A DNA stretch of 44,212 nt from Planctomycetota bacterium (GTDB lineage: Bacteria > Planctomycetota > Phycisphaerae > Sedimentisphaerales > UBA12454). The stretch spans positions 1 to 44,212 of the forward strand of contig JAKJEQ010000002.1 of assembly GCA_022705345.1 (NCBI GenBank), in the 5' to 3' direction. Shown in pieces: positions 26,850-37,049 of this stretch. The notes under the pieces were generated by a model, which was not told the DNA's origin, did no database searches, and saw only the letters and a program-made list of their open reading frames with translations. Made by a program: the position numbers and the translations under genes. Position 1 is the first letter of the stretch; each line of letters starts with the position of its first letter.

Positions 26850-28316
26850 ATGTCCATATCTTGTTTAACAGAAGAGCAATTATTCGAAGCTGTCGGTGCT
26901 ATTAAAGCAACTAAGAGCAAAAGGCCGATCACTCGGACCGATTTAAAAAATTATGTCTCTTCGTTTTTGAATATCAATATCAGCGACCAGAAACTCTGTC
27001 CGGGCCACGATTCGCCGATGGATTATTTATGGCACAGTTATAACAGCGATTTTGACTCCAGCGCTAACGGGGATTGCGTAGTGTGGGCGGGCAGGGGCGG
27101 CGGCAAAACATTCATCGCCTCAATCGCCGCGCTTCTTGACTGTGTATTCAAACCGGGATGCAAAACGAGGATTCTCGCAGGCAGCGAAGAGCAGGCGCAT
27201 CTGATGTATGACAATCTGGCAAGTTTGGCACAGGACCATTTTCCTTACCTGCTTTTTGAGAAGCAAAAAAACAAGTGCCGATTTGTCAATGGTTCCGATG
27301 TCCAGGTGCTTACGCAGTCAATGGCTTCGGTTCGCGGCAGTCATATTCATAAGATTCGCTGCGATGAAGTCGAGCTTTTTGAAAGGCCGATTTTTGAGGC
27401 CGCAAAGTTCATTACAAAAAGCAGCGGCGGCATCGTCGGAGCTATGGAAACTCTGAGCACAATGCATCATCCTTTCGGGATTATGCACGAGCTTGTGGAA
27501 AAAGCGAAAGACAACGGAACAAAAATATTCAAATGGTGCATCTGGGAAGTGATCGAAAATTGCAGGGACAGAAGCTGCGGCCAATGTCCATTGAACAATG
27601 ATTGCCGAGGGCGGGCAAAAAAAGCTAACGGCTTTTATAAAATAGATGACGTAATTGCGCAGCTAAAACGAACAAGCAGGGCGATGTTCGATTCGGAGAT
27701 TCTTTGTTTGCGGCCGTCGCTGCAAAATGTAGTCTTCGCGGAATTCGATCCCAATTTACATATAAAATCTGTTGAATATAATTCCGAACTTCCTCTGTAT
27801 CGCTCGATAGATTTTGGGTTTGTTAATCCTTTTGTATGTTTATGGATCCAGGTGGACAGCAAAGGCGTTGTCAGGGTCATAGATGAATATGTCCAGAGCC
27901 GAAGGACGATAGATTATCATGCGGATGTATTGAAAAACAGAAAGCCTTACAATGAAGAGAAAGTGATAATGACTTTTTGCGACCCGGCCGGTTCGGGCGT
28001 TAACGATGTTACGGGCACAAGCCCTGTCAGTATGCTGCGGGCGAAAGGAATCAGGCTTCGCTACAAACGAAGCTTGGTTCTCGAAGGGGTAGAACTTGTC
28101 AGAAAGGCTCTTCGGACAGGCGACGGAAAAAGCAGTTTAGTAATCAGCTCGCGATGCGGCAATTTGATACAGGCAATGCAGAGTTACCATTATCCGCAGA
28201 GCGGCTCAATTGAAACTCCGCAGAAAGACGGCGTTTACGATCATCCAATCGACGCGTTGCGTTATTTCTTTGTAAATCACAACAGTTTGTCGCCAGCAAA
28301 AACAAGAAATTACTGA
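26850..28316 (+). CDS. Phage terminase large subunit (TerL-like), orphan
   Basis: 488 aa. Walker A VWAGRGGGKTF, Walker B IRCDEVELF, and nuclease-domain acidic motifs IDFGFVNP, TFCDPAGS and YDHPIDALRYF. Good RBS (GAGGAGG) upstream. Confidence 0.8.
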   Translation: MSISCLTEEQLFEAVGAIKATKSKRPITRTDLKNYVSSFLNINISDQKLCPGHDSPMDYLWHSYNSDFDSSANGDCVVWAGRGGGKTFIASIAALLDCVFKPGCKTRILAGSEEQAHLMYDNLASLAQDHFPYLLFEKQKNKCRFVNGSDVQVLTQSMASVRGSHIHKIRCDEVELFERPIFEAAKFITKSSGGIVGAMETLSTMHHPFGIMHELVEKAKDNGTKIFKWCIWEVIENCRDRSCGQCPLNNDCRGRAKKANGFYKIDDVIAQLKRTSRAMFDSEILCLRPSLQNVVFAEFDPNLHIKSVEYNSELPLYRSIDFGFVNPFVCLWIQVDSKGVVRVIDEYVQSRRTIDYHADVLKNRKPYNEEKVIMTFCDPAGSGVNDVTGTSPVSMLRAKGIRLRYKRSLVLEGVELVRKALRTGDGKSSLVISSRCGNLIQAMQSYHYPQSGSIETPQKDGVYDHPIDALRYFFVNHNSLSPAKTRNY

Positions 28317-28327
28317 TACAATTCCAT

Positions 28328-28933
28328 TTACTTGTTTTGTTTGATATAGACAAGTTTTTCTGAGGATACAATCCTGTAATGCGAAGGATAATTTTGGCTG
28401 AATTCTTTGCTGTGGTGGACTACATATTGATTTTTTTCGAGCAGCGAATGGATAAATTCTTTGTCCTGCTCGAAATTTTCAAAATCTGGTTTCTGCTTTT
28501 CGATTTCCGCCAGAATCCTCGGCCAAATTTTTTTCCACTCCTGGATATCTTTATCGCTCACCGGCTTTGCGCTTTTTACAAAAACATCCGCGAAATCCTC
28601 GAGCGATATTTTACCATCCCTGACGAGTTTTAAATTTACACGTACATATTTTCCATCAGGCGGAAGTTTATGAAAATCGTAATCCTCGAAGTCGTTTGCC
28701 TCGGCGATTTCCCGCCTGATATATTCTTTCGCCGATTTTGGGTCGGTGATTAGATGCGCAGGGCCGAAAAATCCCTGGAAGAAAGTTTTATAAACATCGA
28801 CAAGCCTCTGCTCGGGGTATCTCTCAATCTCCTGTTTGACTATTTCCGATAATTTTTCGTCATCAGCATATCGGCATGATATATTCATAATAACCGCTGA
28901 CAGAATAAATATAAATATTTTCTTGGCATCCAT
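28328..28933 (-). CDS. Hypothetical lipoprotein/secreted protein
   Basis: 201-aa ORF. N-terminus IFIFILSAVIMNISC looks like a lipobox. No other motif recognised. Confidence 0.55.
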   Translation of the reverse strand: MDAKKIFIFILSAVIMNISCRYADDEKLSEIVKQEIERYPEQRLVDVYKTFFQGFFGPAHLITDPKSAKEYIRREIAEANDFEDYDFHKLPPDGKYVRVNLKLVRDGKISLEDFADVFVKSAKPVSDKDIQEWKKIWPRILAEIEKQKPDFENFEQDKEFIHSLLEKNQYVVHHSKEFSQNYPSHYRIVSSEKLVYIKQNK

Positions 28934-29051
28934 TAAATACTAAGTTCTAAATGTTTGGAACATTTGAATTTTTGGTAATTCGATATTGTTTCGAGATTCG
29001 TATTTCGAATTTACGTTAGTCTAACTCTCCATCCGCAATTTGTCAATCGGA

Positions 29052-29708
29052 CTATCTGCCCCCTCGTCCTCCTCCAAACCCGCCTCGCCCCGGCATTGAC
29101 ATTCCGCGTTCCTGCATCCGTTTCTGCATCGCCGCCATAAATTGTGTTCTTTGTGCTCGCTGTAAAGCGGTGCCTCTTTCTGATCTTGCGCGAGCATTTG
29201 CAGGATTGGCGCGCCGAGCGGCTCTTTCTGCCTGCCGCGCCTGTCGGTTAGGATCGTTCATATCTCTCGGCCGTTGCGGCCGGGGGGTATCCCGTCGCAT
29301 TTGTTCAAAATTTGCACGTTGTGCCTGCATCTCATCGATCATTCTATCAAGATATGCAGTTTGCTGTTCTTTTGGTACAGTAAAATATGTTTCGATATGA
29401 TAATCCATCAATTTTCGACCGCTCGCCATTGTATAAAGGAATTTTTCTCTATCCGAAAGCTGTTTGTATCTTTCGCTGCTGCGGTAATCGATGATCTGTT
29501 TTGCGCTTTGCTTTTCAGGATTAGGCATATTGGTATCTGACCAGTTGATCCTGCGTCTGCCGAATGTATCAGGCTCTTGGCCGCCTTTGAACATTACATA
29601 CAATCCCCCCGATGCTGACAGAACAATGACAGAAACGATTGCGATTATAATTGTGATTTTCTTTTTATTTGGTTCCGGCTTTTTAAGTTTTCCATTTATC
29701 GCTGCCAT
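29052..29708 (-). CDS. Hypothetical membrane-anchored protein with an Arg/Gln-rich tail and RGG terminus
   Basis: 218 aa. One TM helix (ITIIIAIVSVIVLSASGGLYV). C-terminal low-complexity region ...RQARQAERAARRANPANARARSERG... ends in GRGGFGGGRGGR. Its start overlaps the stop of the upstream prepilin-like gene by 1 nt. Confidence 0.55.
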   Translation of the reverse strand: MAAINGKLKKPEPNKKKITIIIAIVSVIVLSASGGLYVMFKGGQEPDTFGRRRINWSDTNMPNPEKQSAKQIIDYRSSERYKQLSDREKFLYTMASGRKLMDYHIETYFTVPKEQQTAYLDRMIDEMQAQRANFEQMRRDTPRPQRPRDMNDPNRQARQAERAARRANPANARARSERGTALQRAQRTQFMAAMQKRMQERGMSMPGRGGFGGGRGGR

Positions 29709-30247
29709 TATTTGTTCCTTTCTCTATCTGCTACGAGCGTGTCTGCGTACATATACATAACTGAACCGGATTTTCCGTCTTTTCCGTGAAAAGGCTCATA
29801 ATCTTTTAATATCCAAACTTCGCTTGTGCCGAACCTTTTTGCAAACCAACTGTCCTCTATTTTTCTGCCGCCAAGCCGATTATTATATTCGTAACTAGCT
29901 CCTTCTTCTGCAAAAAAAGTAGTGTTTTTGCCGTACCACTTGTCAGCCGGACATTTAAGTGCCTCCTTACCGGACAAATATTTCCCCAAAGTTCCATAAA
30001 GCGAAACGGAATTAGGTTCTTCCTGCTTAGTCGAATTTGGCAAATTGAAAATAACCGGCATTACATTGCGGTTCTCATCCAGATACATCCGAAATGCGAT
30101 TGAACACCCGTGGAGGTTTTGTTTGCAGCCGACACGGTAAGCGCTTCGCCTTGCCGCACCAAGCGCGGGCATCAATATTCCCATCAAAAGAGCGATTATC
30201 GACAGAACAACCAACAATTCAACCAGTGTAAAACCCTTTTTCTGCAC
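29708..30247 (-). CDS. Prepilin-type N-terminal cleavage/methylation domain protein (type II secretion pseudopilin-like, DUF1559 style)
   Basis: MQKKGFTLVELLVVLSIIALLMGILMPAL is the canonical G/FTLVE prepilin leader plus hydrophobic helix. Confidence 0.85.
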   Translation of the reverse strand: MQKKGFTLVELLVVLSIIALLMGILMPALGAARRSAYRVGCKQNLHGCSIAFRMYLDENRNVMPVIFNLPNSTKQEEPNSVSLYGTLGKYLSGKEALKCPADKWYGKNTTFFAEEGASYEYNNRLGGRKIEDSWFAKRFGTSEVWILKDYEPFHGKDGKSGSVMYMYADTLVADRERNK

Positions 30248-30316
30248 TTTTCCGTTCCTTGACTTTAGACCAATTCTTCGTAGCTTATAGTGTTCTCTTA
30301 CTCATTAAGGTAAATA

Positions 30317-30520
30317 TTCAAACTGACCGATTCAGGTTTCGAGATTGCCACGGCTGTCTGCGGACAGCCTCGCAATGACACAAAAAACGCCATTTTTGTC
30401 ATTGCGAGGAGTCCCGCTTCGGGACGACAAAGCAATCTCAAACCATAAATTATAATGTGTGTTATCATTTAGTAAATAATGAGTTTTATAAATATCATTA
30501 TCAAAATCGGTCAGTTTGAG
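30317..30520 (+). mobile_element. MITE-like element, copy A (complete, 204 bp)
   Basis: TCAAACTGACCGATT...AATCGGTCAGTTTGAG termini. Near-identical to copy B along its length. It sits in the divergent intergenic region and ends 13 nt before the DUF72 ATG. Confidence 0.85.
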
Positions 30521-30533
30521 TTATATATATTTT

Positions 30534-31274
30534 ATGCCGAAGACAAAAGCAAGCAATCAAATTCTGATCGGGACAAGCGGGTGGTATTATAAACACTGGT
30601 ACAGGCTTTTTTATCCGGAAGATATCGCAAAAAATAAATGGTTTAAATACTATACGGAAAACTTCGATACGGTTGAATTAAACAATTCTTATTACCGTTT
30701 TCCAACAGAATCAGCCGTGAAAAAATGGTATGATTCCAGTCCCGATAATTTCGTTTATGCCGTAAAAATGAACAGGTATGTAACCCATATAAAAAAAATG
30801 AAAGATGTCGAAAGGCAGACCGGCGATTTCCTGACAACAGTTAGCGCGTTGAAGAAAAAGCTCGGGCCGATTTTGTTTCAGTTTCCGCCGACCTTTAAAA
30901 AAGATTTGGAAGTTTTGAAAGCTTTTGTGCCGCTGCTGAAGAAACAGAAGCAATGTGTTTTTGAGTTCCGGAACAAATCGTGGTATGACGATGAATGTTT
31001 TACGCTGCTGGACAAAAATAAAATCTCGTTCTGCATTTATCACATGGGCGACATCGAAACGCCGCGGGTAATAACAGGCGATATAATCTATATCCGTTTT
31101 CACGGCACAAGCGGCAAATACGGCGGCACATATCCAGATAAAATACTTAAAGAGTGGGCCGACTGGCTAAAGAAAAACAAAAAAGCCAAATTGTGCTATG
31201 CGTATTTTAATAATGATCTGAACGCTTATGCGGTAAATAACGCCAAAACTCTGAATAAATTTCTGGCAGAATAG
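30534..31274 (+). CDS. DUF72 (YecE-like) family protein
   Basis: IGTSGWYYKHWYRLFYPEDI....YYTENFDTVELNNSYYRFP is the DUF72 signature. The ATG at 30534 is preferred, because the track's 30516 start is a TTG inside the MITE terminal repeat. Confidence 0.85.
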   Translation: MPKTKASNQILIGTSGWYYKHWYRLFYPEDIAKNKWFKYYTENFDTVELNNSYYRFPTESAVKKWYDSSPDNFVYAVKMNRYVTHIKKMKDVERQTGDFLTTVSALKKKLGPILFQFPPTFKKDLEVLKAFVPLLKKQKQCVFEFRNKSWYDDECFTLLDKNKISFCIYHMGDIETPRVITGDIIYIRFHGTSGKYGGTYPDKILKEWADWLKKNKKAKLCYAYFNNDLNAYAVNNAKTLNKFLAE

Positions 31275-31276
31275 CT

Positions 31277-34015
31277 CTATTCGAGCCAGCTTTGGCCGAT
31301 GTTTATATCGACTTTGAGCGGGACATTAAGCTTTATCGCGCCAGTCATTTCATCGCTGAAAATTTCGGCAAGCTCATCTGCCCTGCTTGAGGCAGCTTCA
31401 AAAACAAGTTCATCGTGAATTTGCAGAATCATTTTGGCCGGCAGGTTTTCATTCTCAATGCGGTTTTGAATTCTGACCATCGCAATCTTAATCAAATCCG
31501 CGGCCGACCCCTGCACAATGGTATTTATGACAACTCTTTCGGCAAGCGCACGGACGTTTCCGTTTCTGCTGTCAAGGCCTGTGATTTTGCGTCTCCTGCC
31601 GCAGATTGTCTCCGCGTAACCGGTTCTTTTCGCCACTTCGACGGCTTCTTTCTTGAATCGCTGAATTGAACTGTATTTGGCGAAGTAATCATCAATGAAA
31701 TTTCTCGCTTCGCCGACGTTCATTCCGGTTGTTTTACTTAAACCGAAAGCGCCCTGGCCGTAAATTAAACCGAAATTAACGGCCTTGCATCGCGATCGCA
31801 TTTCTGACGTAACATCCTCAATTTCAACATTATAAATTTGCGAAGCCACGAAACTATGAATGTCTATGTCCTGCGCGAAGGCTTTTTTTAGTTCCTTATC
31901 GTCGCTGAAATGCGCAACCATTCGAAGCTCGATTTGCGAATAGTCAAGGCTTATGATTTTATCTTCGCTTTTTTCGGCGACAAATGCGCTGCGAATTTTC
32001 TTTCCGATCTCGGTTCTAATCGGGATGTTTTGCAGGTTCGGGTCGGAAGAACTCAATCTTCCGGTTGCGGTAATAGTCTGATTGAAACTCGCATGTACCC
32101 TGCCGGTTCGAGGGTTGATCAGCGAACCGAGTTTATCGGTATAAGTGTTTTTGAGTTTGCTTAGCTGACGATACTGAATGATAAGTTCGATAATCGGATG
32201 CAGGCCGGAAAGTTCATCGAGGACATCAGCATCAGTACTGAAACCCGTTTTGCCCTGTCGAGGCGGATTCAGGCCGAGCGTATCGAAAAGTACATCGGCG
32301 AGCTGTTTCGGAGAATCGATATTGAACGCCCTGCCTGCGTGTTTATGAATGGCAGCGCTTAGATTTTCGAGCTGATCATCAATATCGACCGAGAGATTTT
32401 TCAGGATCGGCACATCCAGCCTGACGCCATTAAGCTCCATTTTGGTCAGAACATCGACAAGAGGCATTTCGATTTCTTCGAAAAGTTTTTTTAATTTTGG
32501 TTCACTTTCAAGTTTGCCGGCGAACAAATAATAAAGCTGCAAAGTCAAATCCACGTCTTCGCAGGAATAATCGCAGGCCGAAGCGGTATCGACCATATCG
32601 AAACTTACCTGTTTTTTGCCTTTGCCGATAAGGTCAGAAATAGGGATTGCACGATACTGCAGAAAATCCATTGCCATATTGTCAAGCGAATGGCTCCTGC
32701 GCTCGGCATCGAGAACATACGAGGCAATCATCGTATCGAAGATCAGTCCCCTTGTCGGCATACCCGCATTGTGCAGCACAATCATATCGTACTTTGCGTT
32801 CTGGCAGATTTTTTTTATTTTTTCATCAGCAAAAATCTCGGCAAGTTTCTGGCGAACAATCGATAAGCCAAACTGCTTTGCCATCATAGGGCCTTTGACC
32901 GCAATATAATAGCCCGTGTTCGGATGCCATGAAAAACTTATCCCGACAAGCTCAGCCCTGTGAGCGGAAAGAGATGTTGTTTCAGTATCGACGGTGATCA
33001 ATTTCTGCTTCTTCAATTCCGCATAAAATTCTTCGAGCTTCTGGGGCGTATCGATTAACTGGTAGTTGTGTTTGACTGTTTTTAATGATTTCTGCTGTTG
33101 CGCAGTTTCAAAAGAAAGCTGTAATTCGCCCTGCGCTGGTGTCGGCATTTCAGCGGGTTTTAAGTTCATTTGCGATAAAAGCCTGTTAAAGCCAAGCTCG
33201 GTAAATATCGAGGATAGCTTCGCTTCATCGAATTTTTTTAACGAAAAAGTTGCTTTATCGATATCGACCGGCATTTGACAATTTATCGTAACAAGCTGTT
33301 TACTAAGAAACGCCTGCTCTTTTGCGCCGCGAAGATTATCGCCGCGTTTGCCTTTTATTTCGTCTGCATGCTTGTAGAGATTTTCGAGAGAACCATATTT
33401 TACGATCCATTCTATCGCGGTTTTAGGGCCGACATCTGGAACGCCGGGTACGTTGTCGGCCTTATCGCCCTGAAGCGCAAGGACGTCAATAAACTGCTTT
33501 GGCTCCAATCCGCTTTGCTTTTTGAAAGATTCGCAATCGCTAACGATATCGCTGCGGGCATCGTACATATAAACGCCTTTTTCGCACATCAACTGAATCA
33601 TATCCTTGTCTTTGGAACAGATGAAAACGTCAAGGCCGGCTTTAGAGCCTTTGCAGGCAAGGGTTCCGATTATATCGTCGGCCTCGAAAGTGCTGTGCTG
33701 AATTATAGGGATTTTCATCGCTTCGAGAATCTGCTTTATGCGATTTATCTGCACGGGCATATCTTCGGGCATCGGCTGACGATGAGCCTTGTATTCTTTA
33801 TATATCTCTGAGCGAAAACTCGGCTCGGGCGAATCCATCGCTACGACAATCATGTCCGGTTTCCTGGTTTCGAGCAGTTTGAGAATTATGGTCGTGAAAA
33901 TATACGCGGCCTTAGTCGGCTCGCCTTTTGGACTGGTCAGCCTCTGGCTCATTGGAGCGTAATAAGCAGCGTAAATATGAGAATGTCCGTCTATTATGTA
34001 CAGGTTTTTTGCCAT
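31277..34015 (-). CDS. polA: DNA polymerase I
   Basis: 912 aa. 5'-nuclease domain, 3'-5' exo motif VDTETTSL, and polymerase motifs DYSQIELR (A), RSRCKAVNFGLIYG (B) and QIHDELVFE (C). Confidence 0.95.
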   Translation of the reverse strand: MAKNLYIIDGHSHIYAAYYAPMSQRLTSPKGEPTKAAYIFTTIILKLLETRKPDMIVVAMDSPEPSFRSEIYKEYKAHRQPMPEDMPVQINRIKQILEAMKIPIIQHSTFEADDIIGTLACKGSKAGLDVFICSKDKDMIQLMCEKGVYMYDARSDIVSDCESFKKQSGLEPKQFIDVLALQGDKADNVPGVPDVGPKTAIEWIVKYGSLENLYKHADEIKGKRGDNLRGAKEQAFLSKQLVTINCQMPVDIDKATFSLKKFDEAKLSSIFTELGFNRLLSQMNLKPAEMPTPAQGELQLSFETAQQQKSLKTVKHNYQLIDTPQKLEEFYAELKKQKLITVDTETTSLSAHRAELVGISFSWHPNTGYYIAVKGPMMAKQFGLSIVRQKLAEIFADEKIKKICQNAKYDMIVLHNAGMPTRGLIFDTMIASYVLDAERRSHSLDNMAMDFLQYRAIPISDLIGKGKKQVSFDMVDTASACDYSCEDVDLTLQLYYLFAGKLESEPKLKKLFEEIEMPLVDVLTKMELNGVRLDVPILKNLSVDIDDQLENLSAAIHKHAGRAFNIDSPKQLADVLFDTLGLNPPRQGKTGFSTDADVLDELSGLHPIIELIIQYRQLSKLKNTYTDKLGSLINPRTGRVHASFNQTITATGRLSSSDPNLQNIPIRTEIGKKIRSAFVAEKSEDKIISLDYSQIELRMVAHFSDDKELKKAFAQDIDIHSFVASQIYNVEIEDVTSEMRSRCKAVNFGLIYGQGAFGLSKTTGMNVGEARNFIDDYFAKYSSIQRFKKEAVEVAKRTGYAETICGRRRKITGLDSRNGNVRALAERVVINTIVQGSAADLIKIAMVRIQNRIENENLPAKMILQIHDELVFEAASSRADELAEIFSDEMTGAIKLNVPLKVDINIGQSWLE

Positions 34016-34160
34016 TGCTTACCACTCTATTTATATGCGGCAAAATGTCAAGCCAATTAACCATTAAAGGAGTTTATTCGTACTTGAGATTGTCACGGCT
34101 CCTCTGCCGAGAAAACTCGCAATAAATTCTAATCTGAATTTTCATCCGAATTTGGCGCAG

Positions 34161-35809
34161 CTATTTTGAGCCGTCCTCTTTTTTCTGAGTCTTTTTGAGC
34201 CTTAGCTCTTTGATCTTTTTTAGCCCTTCTTTGGCTTCTTTAGAATCGGGCGCGTAAACAAGGGCCTCTTTAAATCTTCTCTCGGCCTGATCCAAATCGC
34301 CTTTCTCAACGAGTATCCTGGCAAAATTTATATTCGAATTTACATATAAATTTCTTATTAATGGATAATCTGCCCGCGAAACATCTACTCGTCTTGGAGC
34401 GTTTATTTCTCCGGGAAGGGGCACAAGTAATTTCTCGTACATCTTCGCCGCTTCATTGATATCGCCGGTAATTATGTACGTTTTGGCAAGATCGTAAAAC
34501 ACACCGGCGTTATCAGGATATATATCCAATGATTTTTTGAAATGTTCGATTGCCTCGGCGTATTTTTCACGGGAAGCAAACTCTTTTCCCATAAAATTAT
34601 GCGCCCACCAGTTATCTTTTGTGACATTTATCGCGTGAGAGTAAAGAGTCAGGCTGTTCTTCCAGAAGAACGTCTGAACATAAGTTTTCAATCCCAATGC
34701 AATGAGGATCACACCGGCAATAAAACACAATACGATTTTACCTCGCCTCATTTTTGAGGATAAATCGTAAATCCACCACGTAATCGAAATGAATAATCCG
34801 ATATATGGAATATAACTGTACCTGTCGGCATACGCCTGCAATCCAACCTGAAAAATTCCAATCACAGGTACGAGAGTTCCTAAAAACCAGAATAATCCGA
34901 CAGCTATGTACGGCCGAGTACGTAACTTTTTCAATGCGATAAATATCAATAATCCAAGAATCAGAACAGCCGCCGTAATCTGCCAAAGCTCAATACCGCC
35001 TTTTGGGTGCGGATAAAAAATCGCCAAATCCACAGGCCAAAACATTTTTTTGATATAAATCAAATATGAATAAACGGCGTTCTCAATTCGCCACCAGAAC
35101 GAATATTTCGATAATGATTTAACAAGCCCGGTACTGTATTGAACTGCCAATGTAACAAAACTCGATAACACGGTTAAAATAATGAAAGGAATTTTTTCGG
35201 CGATAATCCTGCCGACATTATTTTTTCTGAAGCGATCGAACGGCCAATAATCCAGAAGCAAAAGAACAAAGGGCAATGTCACTAACATCGGCTTGGACAA
35301 AATCGTTTTTTTGTCGGCCGCTCAAGATAAAAAGAATATGACAGTATCGTCAGCATCCAGAAAAGCGTGCTCAATACGTCTTTTCTCTCGGATGCCCAGG
35401 CCACTGATTCCACATGCATCGGATGAATCGCAAACAACGCGGCAACTATCGCCGCGGGAAATATCTTTTTTGTGATTCGGCTTAAAAGATAAAACAGCAG
35501 AATTGTATTTACAATATGCAGCAGCAAATTGGAAAGGTGATGGCCAGGCGGCCAAAGCTTGTAAATCTGGCAGTCGATGATGTGCGATATCGTTGTCAGA
35601 GGATGGTAATTATTCGAATGGACGTTTGTGAACGCACCGATTATATTCTCAAGCTTCAATCCAGTATATACGGCAGGATTGTCGTATATATATTCATCGT
35701 CATCGAAACTGACAAAGCTGTTGTGAAGTATCGGCTCAAAAGAAATGAAAGTCGCAATCGCAAGCGATATACAAATAAGATGAACCTTGTATTTTTTGAA
35801 TATCTCCAT
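34161..35809 (-). pseudogene. GT-C/TMTC-like membrane glycosyltransferase with C-terminal TPR repeats, split by a 1-nt frameshift at a 7-nt homopolymer
   Basis: The N-terminal ORF (35282-35809) has FVSFDDDEYIYDNP and HPMHVESVAWASERKDVLS. The C-terminal ORF (34161-35300) starts only at a TTG with LSKPMLVTLPFVLLLLDYWPF and ends in TPR repeats. The span is 1649 nt, which is 2 mod 3. One extra base in T7 (35306-35312) fuses them. Confidence 0.65.
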
Positions 35810-35829
35810 TATGTCAGAGCGTGAAATTA

Positions 35830-36975
35830 TCAGCTGTACTGTTTGCGCGTTCGATAGCCTGCTTGCGCCCCATTGCCGTTTTCATCGGACCCGTTGGCAG
35901 ATTTTTCGTATTTCCCGAAAATCATTCTGCCTGCCGAAGTCTGCAGCGCACTGGTAACGACAATCTGCACCCTTTCGCCGATTTTGCCCCGGCCCTCTTC
36001 TACGACAACCATTGTGCCGTCATCGAGATATCCAATTCCCTGCTGGGATTCTTCGCCTGGCTTTATGATGCGAACCTGCATAGTTTCGCCGGGGAGCACA
36101 ACTGTTTTCAATGAATTTGTCAAATCGTTGATGTTGATAACATCCACCTGGCGGACTTGCGCAACTTTGCTCAAATTGTAATCGTTCGTAATGAGTTTGC
36201 CGTCACAATTTTTGGTAAAAGCGACCAGCTTCTGGTCAACCTGCGCATGCTCGTCAACGCCCGGCGGAGGCGTATCATCGACTTTGACCTCTATGTGCGG
36301 GTTTTCCTGGAGTTTATGCAGGATATCAAGACCGCGGCGTCCTCTGGTTCGCTTGAGCTTATCGGCGGAGTCAGCAATTAATTGCAGCTCGTTCAAAATG
36401 AACCTCGGAACTATAAACGGGGCATCAAACAGCTTCGTCTGGCAAATATCAGATATTCGGCCGTCAATAATCACCGAAGTATCGAGCACCAAAGGCCTGA
36501 CACCTTTTGTCTGACGTGAAAACTCAACATAAGGAATAATGAATCTAACTTCATCCTTAGTACGCATTATGAAACTGATAACAAAATAGCAAATGCAAAT
36601 ACCCATCATCCACTTAGTAAGCTTTAGATTGCTCCCTTCAAGCCCGATCTTGAAGACCTCGTTAATCATGTCCAAAACAAGCGTTAAGGCCCAACTGAAA
36701 AATATACCGACAATAAGGCCGAAGAAAACACCCGCCAGCGCACTTAAGGAACGTTTGGGCAGGAGCCAATCGATAAACAAAACCACAACCGCAAGCACAA
36801 GACCGCCTATGAAAACTATCCAGATTTGGGTCTGGGTGAGCCGTTGTGCTTCGTCAGGATCTTCGACCTGACTTGTGATACTAAGGAATAATGCCGCAAA
36901 TAAAATGACAATAAAAAAGAAGCGAATAAAGTGTAATAACATATAACGTACTCCAAAAAATATAATAAAAAACAA
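35830..36975 (-). CDS. PIN/TRAM domain membrane protein (YacL-like)
   Basis: 381 aa. N-terminal TM helices, PIN motif LVLDTSVIIDGRI, and a C-terminal TRAM-like beta domain (GETMQVRIIKPGEESQQGIGYLDDGTMVVVEEG). Confidence 0.8.
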   Translation of the reverse strand: MFFIIFFGVRYMLLHFIRFFFIVILFAALFLSITSQVEDPDEAQRLTQTQIWIVFIGGLVLAVVVLFIDWLLPKRSLSALAGVFFGLIVGIFFSWALTLVLDMINEVFKIGLEGSNLKLTKWMMGICICYFVISFIMRTKDEVRFIIPYVEFSRQTKGVRPLVLDTSVIIDGRISDICQTKLFDAPFIVPRFILNELQLIADSADKLKRTRGRRGLDILHKLQENPHIEVKVDDTPPPGVDEHAQVDQKLVAFTKNCDGKLITNDYNLSKVAQVRQVDVININDLTNSLKTVVLPGETMQVRIIKPGEESQQGIGYLDDGTMVVVEEGRGKIGERVQIVVTSALQTSAGRMIFGKYEKSANGSDENGNGAQAGYRTRKQYS

Positions 36976-37049
36976 TATTACAAAGAGCGAATGAACTAAC
37001 TTACTTATTTATAACTACTTATAATATCGGCAAACTAAGGTATAATAAT

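Noticed and set aside
31272-31279. Missing terminator between convergent DUF72 and polA (stops 2 nt apart)
   Set aside because: This is just tight convergent packing. There is no structure to report.
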